A DNA stretch of 64,000 nucleotides from Alphaproteobacteria bacterium (GTDB lineage: Bacteria > Pseudomonadota > Alphaproteobacteria > UBA2966), in the NCBI GenBank assembly GCA_964291395.2, contig OZ219856.1:1056001-1120000 (forward strand), read 5' to 3'. Every line of letters begins with the position of its first letter. Position 1 is the first letter of the stretch. Made by a program: the position numbers and the translations under genes. Under the pieces are notes generated by a model. The model was not told where the DNA came from. It searched no databases and saw only the letters and a program-made list of their open reading frames with translations. Of the stretch, positions 28,746 to 36,495 are shown piece after piece.

Positions 28746-29015
28746 ATGAGCACCCTGGACCCCAATCGCGTCGTGTCGAATGACGAGGAGTTCACCCTCA
28801 CGTGGCACGACATAGGGGAACCATTGCTCATCCACACACAACCCAATGAAGACCGTCGCTATGGCGTTTGCACCATTCTCGTGCCGGCGCTCGGCGCGCA
28901 ACTGATGCGCAACGGCGTGGCGGCGGCGGGTAGCCCCTGGCCCCGGGAACGCGAAGGCCGGCCCTTCAGCACCTGCGCGCTCGCATTCTCGGAAAGCTGG
29001 ACGGAGGCACGTTAG
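28746..29015 (+). CDS. Small hypothetical protein, possibly a truncated remnant
   Basis: SD AAGGGAGA before ATG 28746; 89 aa with protein-like composition ending ALAFSESWTEAR. Confidence 0.5.
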   Translation: MSTLDPNRVVSNDEEFTLTWHDIGEPLLIHTQPNEDRRYGVCTILVPALGAQLMRNGVAAAGSPWPREREGRPFSTCALAFSESWTEAR

Positions 29016-29095
29016 CTCCGGTCCGTGAAGTGCCTCGACTTCGGGAAACACCGCCTCCACACCGGAATCCTCTGTAGGCGCAGCAGGAGCCTCCA

Positions 29096-29854
29096 TTGAA
29101 AGTCTATATCGTTCTGGCTCACCCCGAACGACGTTCGTTCAATGCCGCCTTGGCCGACGTCTACCGCTCTACTCTTGAGGCTGATGGCCATCACGTACGT
29201 TTCAGGGATCTCCATGCAGACGGATTTAATCCCCTCCTCACCCGTGCCGATTTCGAAGGTTATGGAGTTGGCGATCTCGTCCAGTTTCCCAATGCCCAAT
29301 CGAGGGCTTGGTCAGGCAACAGGACTGCGGCGGACATCGCCATCGAGCACGATAGTCTCGCATGGGCCGACGCCGTCATCCTGCAATTTCCACTCTGGCT
29401 CTACGGTCTGCCGGCCATGCTGAAGGGGTGGTGCGAGCGTGTGCTCTCCGAGGGTGCAGCGCACCGACCCGCTGAGAACATCTGGTTCGAAAACGGTGGC
29501 TTCAGCGGTACGAGGATAATGTTGTCGCTAACAACCAACGGCCGCCGGGAGACATATGCCCACAACGGCCGGCATGGCAGCCTCGACATCATCCTCTGGC
29601 CGATTGCGAATGCATTGCGTTTTTCCGGATTCGACCTCGTCGAGCCGTTCATAGCATTCGACGTCGTCCGTGTATCTGACTCCGATCGACGCGAGATCCT
29701 CGGGCATGCCGCCAACCGCGCCCGGTCCATGCTGGACCTCGACCTCATGCCCTTCCATGCCTTGACCGACTACAGTGCGAATGGCGTGTTGAAGGACGAT
29801 GTGCGACCTGCCACTCCGGGCCAGCAACGACCCGACAACCGTGTTCGATGCTGA
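29096..29854 (+). CDS. NAD(P)H-dependent oxidoreductase, flavodoxin-like fold (NQO/KefF family)
   Basis: IVLAHPERRSFNAAL...LQFPLWLYGLPAMLKGWCERV; SD AGGAG before TTG. Confidence 0.9.
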   Translation: MKVYIVLAHPERRSFNAALADVYRSTLEADGHHVRFRDLHADGFNPLLTRADFEGYGVGDLVQFPNAQSRAWSGNRTAADIAIEHDSLAWADAVILQFPLWLYGLPAMLKGWCERVLSEGAAHRPAENIWFENGGFSGTRIMLSLTTNGRRETYAHNGRHGSLDIILWPIANALRFSGFDLVEPFIAFDVVRVSDSDRREILGHAANRARSMLDLDLMPFHALTDYSANGVLKDDVRPATPGQQRPDNRVRC

Positions 29855-29859
29855 TGCCG

Positions 29860-30010
29860 TTGGGTGGATGAGCTTTGTCTGCCGTCGACCCTCACCAGAT
29901 TTTTGGTAGAAGGTCCTTCGGCGCCGGATTGTGCGGAGTAACCTCCGCCAGCAGGCGCTTCAGCGGGTCGTTCTCCATCTCAAGCTCCTGCAGGGGCTGC
30001 GTGGCCTTCA
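29860..30010 (-). mobile_element. IS3-family (IS407-like) orfA C-terminal remnant
   Basis: LQELEMENDPLKRLLAEVTPHNPAPKDLLPKIW* resembles the orfA end LKxLExENxRLKRLLAxxxLDNxxLKDLLxKKW*; boundaries approximate. Confidence 0.65.
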
Positions 30011-30247
30011 CTGGATTAGCGGGCCGGGTGCAATTTCCCAGCGGACTCGACCGCGAATCATACGGGATGTGACCGCGGTTCCTTAGCATTTGACCGTTCA
30101 GGGCTGGGACCGCGCTTGCCTCGCGGTTACGGCCATCTTCGCGATCATGACATCGAGTGTACCGCCGAGCACGGCGGGCAACCCGTCGCCGCAAACAGAG
30201 GGAATGCGGGCTTGATATTAGTAGGCCATTGGCCTATATATGTGGGG

Positions 30248-30529
30248 ATGGAGTTCGAATGGGACGAGGCCAAGAACAGTGCCTGTTTCGAGCATCGCGG
30301 CTTCGACTTCGCCTATGCCGTCCGGGCGTTCCTCGATCCGCACCGGATCGTCGCGCAGGACCGCCGGCGGGACTATGGCGAGGACCGCTACCGGCTGCTC
30401 GGCACGGTCGACGGGCGCGTGTATGTCGTCGTCTATACGGTGCGGGGTTCGGCCGTCCGCATCATTTCGGCTCGCAAGGCCAACCGGGAGGAGGTCGCGG
30501 ATTATGAGCACAACGCGCATCAGGATTGA
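30248..30529 (+). CDS. BrnT family toxin
   Basis: MEFEWDEAKN...RGFDF...DYGEDRY...VVVYTVRG...RIISARKAN. Confidence 0.92.
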   Translation: MEFEWDEAKNSACFEHRGFDFAYAVRAFLDPHRIVAQDRRRDYGEDRYRLLGTVDGRVYVVVYTVRGSAVRIISARKANREEVADYEHNAHQD

Positions 30530-30839
30530 CCCGGACGATCCGTCCACCCTGCCCGAGGGGCGGATTGACCCAGCCAGGGTGGACGCCACCACCGAGGCGG
30601 AGGTCGCGGCGCAGGAGCGGGAGGACGAGGCTGAGGCGATGCAGGACATGGCGCGGTATGCGCGGCGGGTCCGGCGGCGGCTGGGGCTTTCCCAGACCGA
30701 GCTGGCTCGGCGCATCGACGTGTCGCACGAGACGATCCGGAACTGGGAGCAGGGGAAGCGCTGCCCGACCGGGGCGGCGCGCGCCCTGTTGCGGGTACTC
30801 GACAAGGCGCCGGAGACCGCGCTCCGCGTGTTGACCTGA
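30504..30839 (+). CDS. Xre/Cro-type HTH antitoxin
   Basis: RRRLGLSQTELARRIDVSHETIRNWEQGKRCPTGAARALL; overlaps the toxin 3' end. Confidence 0.88.
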   Translation: MSTTRIRIDPDDPSTLPEGRIDPARVDATTEAEVAAQEREDEAEAMQDMARYARRVRRRLGLSQTELARRIDVSHETIRNWEQGKRCPTGAARALLRVLDKAPETALRVLT

Positions 30840-30847
30840 AAGGATTG

Positions 30848-30943
30848 CGGCGCCGCGCGTCGGGCGCGAGCGACCGCGCCGAGCTGGCCGAGCTCGACCG
30901 GAAGATCGAGGCCATGGTCGCGGTGATCGAGGACGGCGCCCTG
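30848..30943 (+). pseudogene. Fragment resembling the coiled-coil region of a large serine recombinase
   Basis: RRRASGASDRAELAELDRKIEAMVAVIEDGAL with no start codon; recognised from memory of alphaproteobacterial recombinase C-terminal regions. Confidence 0.45.
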
Positions 30944-30960
30944 CGGCGGCCGGTTCTCGA

Positions 30961-30997
30961 CTCGCCAAGTCTCGCCTAGTCTCGCCTAGTCTCGCCT
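30961..30997. repeat. 10-bp tandem repeat, about 3.7 copies
   Basis: CTCGCCAAGT CTCGCCTAGT CTCGCCTAGT CTCGCCT. Confidence 0.9.
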
Positions 30998-31039
30998 CAG
31001 CCCCCGCACGGACGGTGCCGATGTGGACGGGTGAGGGTG

Positions 31040-32257
31040 CTATTCCGCGGCGGCGGCTTGGATCTTGGCCATTGCCGCGTCCGCCTTGGCGAAATCCTCC
31101 TCGCCGAAGCCGTAGAGATGTCCGCCGCCCATGAAGATGTCTGCCGCCATCTCCCGGCCCACGTTGGCGATAAGGTTGCTCGAGACGTTCGGAAAGTTGG
31201 AATCGAAGTGGGGATAGTCGGTCGAGATGCACATGCGGTCGGCGCCGATGAGGCTCGCGGTCGCCGCGATCTCCGGCTCGCTTCCTTCGACCGCGGCCCA
31301 GCAGTTGCGCCGGAAATACTCCTTCGGAGTCAGCGAGAGATAGGGAGCATGAGAGTCCCGGTACTGCGGGTAGTCCCACTCGATCCGGGTGAGGATTCCG
31401 GGAACCCATGAGTTCTGCGCCTCCAGGAAGGCCACGCGGAGGTTGGGGTAGAACTCGAACACGCCGCCGATGATCATGGCGATCAGTGCCTGCTGCATCT
31501 CGATCCAGTGGCTCGCGACGTGTCGGTAGAACCGGTTCTCGCCATAGATCTCGTTCATGTGGGAGTTCCAGACGCCGGTGCCCTCGTGAAAGCCCCAGGT
31601 GACGTCGAGTTCCTCGTGCAGCGCGTAGAGGTCGTTCCAGTAGTTGGAATGCCAGAAGTGACCCTTGATCAGGTTCGGCCGTATCATCGATCCTGCGGCG
31701 CCGAGTTCGGTGACACAGCGAACCAGTTCCTTGCAGGCGAGATTGACGTCGTGGATCGGCAGCATCGCCGCGAATTTCAGCTGATCCGGGCTGTACTGGC
31801 AGAACTCGTGGATCCAGTTGTTGTAAGCCTCGCACAGCGCCACGGACATCAGCGGGTCCATGTCCTCGACGGCGATGATGTTGAGGCCCGTGGTCGGGAA
31901 CAGCACCGCGATGTCGATCCCTTCCAATTCCATGCCCATGACCTGCGCCACCGGGTCAAAGCCTCGCTCGATGGCGAAATTCAGGCGTCCGCTCTCGGCC
32001 GAGCGAGAGCCCGACAACGGTTGCGATATCGATTTCGTCTTGTCCAAGCCGGTCGTGCGCTTACGGTATTTCTGGATTTCCCAGTCGATGAAGTTGGGTT
32101 TGCCGTCGATGACGATCATGCCCCGCTTGAACTTGCCGTCGGCGCCCACCGGCAGGGTCACCCGATCCCGGAACCCGGGATCGAGATAGCGATGGAATAG
32201 ATCCTCGGGTTCGGTGACGTGCATGTCGCAATCAACGAAACGAAGCCCTTCCTTCAT
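31040..32257 (-). CDS. Amidohydrolase_2 family metal-dependent hydrolase/decarboxylase
   Basis: VDCDMHVTEP, AYNNW, GFHEG, AFLEAQ, STDYPHFD. Confidence 0.9.
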   Translation of the reverse strand: MKEGLRFVDCDMHVTEPEDLFHRYLDPGFRDRVTLPVGADGKFKRGMIVIDGKPNFIDWEIQKYRKRTTGLDKTKSISQPLSGSRSAESGRLNFAIERGFDPVAQVMGMELEGIDIAVLFPTTGLNIIAVEDMDPLMSVALCEAYNNWIHEFCQYSPDQLKFAAMLPIHDVNLACKELVRCVTELGAAGSMIRPNLIKGHFWHSNYWNDLYALHEELDVTWGFHEGTGVWNSHMNEIYGENRFYRHVASHWIEMQQALIAMIIGGVFEFYPNLRVAFLEAQNSWVPGILTRIEWDYPQYRDSHAPYLSLTPKEYFRRNCWAAVEGSEPEIAATASLIGADRMCISTDYPHFDSNFPNVSSNLIANVGREMAADIFMGGGHLYGFGEEDFAKADAAMAKIQAAAAE

Positions 32258-32503
32258 GACGGTTTCCTCGCAATTCGGCTTTGAGATGCGTCCAAGTCGC
32301 TCTGTCTGCGGACCGCTGCCGGGGCGGTACGATCCGGCAAAGGGTACCAGACGGCGTCCGTTCATCCAAAGATTCATGGAATTCGCTTGTGAGCGGACAC
32401 CGGGGGCATTTCGGGTTCCGTTGACACCCACGAACCATCGGCGATGATTTCGTTCGAATCGGATCCCGGGCAACTCCGACGAACCATGATGAGGTGAATC
32501 GTC

Positions 32504-33085
32504 ATGCCGAGAATCAGACTGGTGGAACCTGAGGAAGCGACCGGAAAGGTCAAGGAGATCTTCGACGAGATCGCGGAAGCCGAAGGCTACGTTCCGGCAC
32601 TCTTCCGCGCCTATGCGCTGTTCCCTCCGCTTCTCGAAGCCAACTGGCAGCAGCACAAGGCGTTGATGTTCGAAGGACAGCTGTCGTTCCGTCTCAAGGA
32701 AGCGATCATGCTGACCGTGGCTGACGCGAACCGGTGCCCCACGTGAATTAGCTACCATTCCGGTGCCCTCCGTGAAGAGGGTGTTGACGAAGACGAAATC
32801 GAAGCGGTGATCGCGGTGGACGGGGAGAAACTCGCCGAAAAGGAAGCGGTCATACTGGAGTTCGCCCGCCGGTCGACTCTCGAACCGGCGGACATCACCG
32901 ATGAGGACTTCCAGAAGGTCAAAGACGCCGGCTACAGCGACGCGGAGATCATGGAGGCGCAATACGTTATGGGTCTCTCGACTCTGGAGACCAAATTCTG
33001 CGATTCCCTTGCGTTCGTTCCCAGCCGTCCCGAAGTCCTTGCGGCGCAGGCGGCACCGACTCCTTACCGCACAGTCGGCACCTGA
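32504..33085 (+). CDS. AhpD/carboxymuconolactone-decarboxylase-family peroxidase-like protein; candidate selenoprotein (CxxU, TGA at 32744-32746)
   Basis: ORFs 32504-32746 and 32807-33085 share a frame. Read-through gives 193 aa containing KEAIMLTVADANRCPT-U-ISYH, the AhpD N-x-C-x2-C-x3-H motif with TGA at the second Cys. Confidence 0.85.
32762..32785 (+). promoter_or_regulatory. Candidate bacterial SECIS hairpin
   Basis: GGTGCCCTC-CGTGAA-GAGGGTGTT: 9-bp stem including G-U pairs, 6-nt loop with G at position 2, loop starting 24 nt after the UGA. Confidence 0.65.
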
Positions 33086-33181
33086 TCGTTCCCGACATGC
33101 GGCATTGCCGCCGAGCGGGCGAGTCGTCCCGCAGCGACGGCCGGCCGCCCCGCAGAGATCGTTCCTCTTTGACGGTCGCCG

Positions 33182-34177
33182 TCAGGCGACGCTCTCGTAG
33201 CGGCGAAGGACTGTGGACTCGAGCCATTCGAGGAGTTCGTGGTCGAAACCCGTTGGCCAGAGCACGAAGTAGCGCACGCCGATGTCGACGAGTTCGTCGA
33301 GGCGCGCCAGGGTTTCGGCCTTCGTGCCGATCATGTAGTCGGCCTCGACGTCCTCGAACGGCATGTTCGAGATCTTGGACAGGCGCTCGCGAGCTTCCTT
33401 CCTTTCGGTGTCGTCTTCGGAGCTCAGGAAGACGATGTTGAGGTGCGCGAAGGTGATGTCTTTCGGGTCGCGGCCGTACTCTTTCGCATACTGCGTCAGG
33501 TGCTCCCAGTCCTGCTTCATCAGTTCCCGGTTGGTCACCGCTCGCGAGATCCAGCCGTCGCCGATTCGTGCGATACGACGGAGAACCCGCTCGACCTGCG
33601 GCGAATACACCGTGTCGGCGTGGCCCGCCGCGCTGCCGCCGGCGAACCAGACGGGGATCTTCGGCTGCACCGGTAGCGGCTCGATCGTGATGTCCTTGAA
33701 CTGCCAGAATGCGCCTTCGTAACTGATGTTGGGTCCGGACAGGAGTTTGTTGACGATTTCGACGGTCTCTTCGGTTCGCGCGCCGCGCTCGCTCTTGGGA
33801 ACTCCGCTGACCTCGAACTCCTGGTCCCACCATCCGACACCCGCCCCGAAGATCACGCGGCCGTTCGATAGGTAGTCCATGGTTCCCAACGTCTTCGCCA
33901 GGATGGATGGCGTTCGGATGGGTGTGACGAGTATGGAAGTGCCGATCTTCACACGCTCGGTCACGGCCGCCACCGCGGACAGAACCGTCAGCGGCTCCAG
34001 CCACGCCGTCCGATAGATCGGGGGCGCCACGACCAGGTGATCGATGACCCAAAGGCCATCGAAGCCCATCGCCTCGACCCGTTGCGCGAATTCGGTGAGT
34101 CGCGGAAGCGTAGGGTCGTTGTCTTCATAAGCGCCTCCGTAAAACGTCGGCAGCACGATCCCCAGCTTGACAGGCAT
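33182..34177 (-). CDS. LLM-class flavin-dependent oxidoreductase (luciferase-like)
   Basis: GFDGLWVIDHL...EPLTVLSAVAAVTERVKIGTSIL...LSNGRVIFGAGVGW. Confidence 0.92.
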   Translation of the reverse strand: MPVKLGIVLPTFYGGAYEDNDPTLPRLTEFAQRVEAMGFDGLWVIDHLVVAPPIYRTAWLEPLTVLSAVAAVTERVKIGTSILVTPIRTPSILAKTLGTMDYLSNGRVIFGAGVGWWDQEFEVSGVPKSERGARTEETVEIVNKLLSGPNISYEGAFWQFKDITIEPLPVQPKIPVWFAGGSAAGHADTVYSPQVERVLRRIARIGDGWISRAVTNRELMKQDWEHLTQYAKEYGRDPKDITFAHLNIVFLSSEDDTERKEARERLSKISNMPFEDVEADYMIGTKAETLARLDELVDIGVRYFVLWPTGFDHELLEWLESTVLRRYESVA

Positions 34178-34260
34178 GAACTCTCCTCCTGACTTCGGCC
34201 TGAAGCGCCGATCTTCGCTCCGAGACGCTTCCGGACGGGATTTCGGCGTGGGCACCCTGC

Positions 34261-35121
34261 TCAATAAGGGGTGTCGCCCTCGATGGTGGTGCGGTGCATG
34301 TGGCGCCGGTGGCGGCGGTCATAGGGCGCGACGCGGTGCATGGTGCAGCGGTTGTCCCACATGAGGATGTCGTAGGGGCGCCACTTGTGTGTGTAGATGT
34401 TCTCGGGGCGTGTCGCATGGGCGACGAGTTTGCGAATAAGGGCGCGGCCTTCCTCCGGATCCATGCCGACGATGCGGTCCGTGTGCGACTGGCTGACATA
34501 GAGGGATTTGCGCCCCGTTTCGGGATGCGTACGGATCACGGGGTGCACGACGTCAGGCGTCTTGGTGAGCTGTGCCTTCGACATCCGAATGCGTCCGTCG
34601 ACGCTCGTGCGCCGGCCTTCGGCAACCCGATTGACCGCCGTCATGCCTTCTAGTCGCCCTTTCGCAGCTTGAGGCAACGTGTCGTAGGCACGGGTCATGT
34701 TCGTGAACAACGTGTCGCCGCCCGTGGGCGGTACCTGCAGCGCGTACAGAATGGACCCCAAGCTCGGCCGTTTCATGTAGGCCAGATCGGAATGCCAATA
34801 CTTGCCGGCATCGGCGAGGCCGATAAGCTCGCCCTTTTCCCGCTTGTTCGACACCCGCAGGATCTCGGGGTGTCCCGGCAGCAGGAATTGGTCAAAGACG
34901 TGAGTGGCGAGGCCGCCGAACCGGCGGCTGAAGGCGATATGCTGCTCCGGCGTGATGTGCTGATCCCGGAATAGAATCAGGGAATGTTCCAGGAAAGCGC
35001 CGTGGATCGCGCGGAAAGTGATCTCGTCCATCGGCCGGGCGAGGTCGACGTCGAAAAGCTCGGCGCCCAAGGCATCCGAGAGGGGCCGCGTTTCGATCTT
35101 CATGACTTCACGCAGTGCCAC
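34261..35121 (-). CDS. TauD/TfdA family 2-oxoglutarate/Fe(II) dioxygenase
   Basis: WHSD, GGDTLF, HPVIRTHPETGRKSLY, WDNRCTMHR. Confidence 0.93.
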   Translation of the reverse strand: MALREVMKIETRPLSDALGAELFDVDLARPMDEITFRAIHGAFLEHSLILFRDQHITPEQHIAFSRRFGGLATHVFDQFLLPGHPEILRVSNKREKGELIGLADAGKYWHSDLAYMKRPSLGSILYALQVPPTGGDTLFTNMTRAYDTLPQAAKGRLEGMTAVNRVAEGRRTSVDGRIRMSKAQLTKTPDVVHPVIRTHPETGRKSLYVSQSHTDRIVGMDPEEGRALIRKLVAHATRPENIYTHKWRPYDILMWDNRCTMHRVAPYDRRHRRHMHRTTIEGDTPY

Positions 35122-35190
35122 TGTTTCGCTTTATGCCGACAATCGGTCAGAGAGCGTGATGCCGGAGGATAGCATACGCGGGGCGTGCCT

Positions 35191-36132
35191 TCACGAGTCG
35201 GGTTGGGACGCGCCGGGCCGCGGCAACACGGTCGAGATGCCGGCGACGAGCAGGAGGAGGGCGGTGACTTCCATCCAACCCAGGGGTTCTCCCAATGCCA
35301 GGGCTCCGATGACGAGACTCACGACCGGGACCGCGAGGACCGAGAGGGACGCCACCCAGGCCGGCACCATGTCGACGATCTTGAACCAGAGCCAGTAGGC
35401 GGCGGATACCCCCAGAAACGTCGCGTAAGCTGTACCCGTCCAGGCAAGCACCGAGGCACGTTCCATGGTGACGAAGTCCGGAATGGCGAGCACGATCAGC
35501 GGGATGCCGCCGAGCAGGAACTGCCAGCCCACGAGGACCAGCGTGGGCGCCTGCCAGGGAATCCTCTTCATCAAAACCGTCCCGACGGCCCACGAGAACG
35601 CCGCCACCATCATCGCCGCGATGCCCCGCCAGTCCCCTTCGATCATGTTCAGGTTTCTGAACAGCAGGATTCCGACGGCGCACATTCCGAGGGCCAGGCC
35701 GATCCACTTGCCGAGACTCGGGGTTTCGCGCAGCGCGACGGTGCTGATGAGAAACAGCCAGAGCGGGAAGGTATATGCGGCGATCGCGGTGTGTCCCGCC
35801 GTGATGTAAGACAGCGCTAGGCCCGTGAAATACAGCCATAGCGTCGCGTTGAAGAGGGCGGCCGGCAGAATCCAGCGGCGCTCGGTAGCGTCGAGGCGCA
35901 GCGATTGACCGGCGAGTACGGCGAGAACGAGCACCAGAGCGCCGCCGCCGATGCCGCACAAGCCGCGTACGACGAAAATGGGAATCTCGTCGATCGCGAC
36001 CTTCGTCAAGGGCCAGCTGTTGCCCCAGATCAATGTCAGCAGCACCAGCAGCAGAAGACCGCGGGCCGGAAGACGCGTCGGCTCGGGTGCCGAGTCGGGG
36101 GTGCCCTGGTGTCGACCCGTCGCGTCCGCCAT
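35191..36132 (-). CDS. DMT/EamA family transporter
   Basis: 313 aa hydrophobic protein, paralogous to 918-1856 (EIPIF, VASLSVLAVP). Confidence 0.9.
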   Translation of the reverse strand: MADATGRHQGTPDSAPEPTRLPARGLLLLVLLTLIWGNSWPLTKVAIDEIPIFVVRGLCGIGGGALVLVLAVLAGQSLRLDATERRWILPAALFNATLWLYFTGLALSYITAGHTAIAAYTFPLWLFLISTVALRETPSLGKWIGLALGMCAVGILLFRNLNMIEGDWRGIAAMMVAAFSWAVGTVLMKRIPWQAPTLVLVGWQFLLGGIPLIVLAIPDFVTMERASVLAWTGTAYATFLGVSAAYWLWFKIVDMVPAWVASLSVLAVPVVSLVIGALALGEPLGWMEVTALLLLVAGISTVLPRPGASQPDS

Positions 36133-36140
36133 GTCCTACG

Positions 36141-36270
36141 TCATGACCGAGGGTAAGCGGGGGCTGCGGTGGTGGAACGTCGACACCGTCGTGAGCGCGC
36201 CGGGGACGCGGAGGAGGGCGGTGACCTCAATGAGGCCGGGGGGCTCGTCGAGCGTCGGCAGCACCCGCAG
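36141..36270 (-). pseudogene. Remnant 3' end of another DMT/EamA paralog
   Basis: LDEPPGLIEVTALLRVPGALTTV versus LGEPLGWMEVTALLLLVAGISTV in the adjacent gene; shared DNA GGAGGAGGGCGGTGAC. Confidence 0.6.
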
Positions 36271-36495
36271 CGGTGGGTGTCGTATCGAATCGGATGATGG
36301 AGAGGCGGACATCCCCGCTGACCTACCGCCGTCGCTCCGAGAAGTCCACAGGCCGTCTCACCATTTGCCAACCGATCGTGGGATTGGCCTTGAAGCTCTT
36401 GTCCTGTCGCGGGTGGCCTTCCCGGGTCCAGGCTGTTCCTCGATGGTCTTCTGGGGTATGTGAGTCATCCTGGCGTTGGCGAAGGAGGTTCGGCG

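Noticed and set aside
30961-30997. Possible CRISPR array
   Set aside because: The units are 10-bp head-to-tail repeats with no spacers, and no cas genes are present in the window.
32385-32400. lac operator-like TTGTGAGCGGA
   Set aside because: Only a half-site match with no dyad partner and no vector context; likely chance.
32807-33085. Independent 92-aa gene
   Set aside because: In frame with the upstream ORF and completes the same AhpD/CMD fold; better explained as the C-terminal half after UGA read-through.
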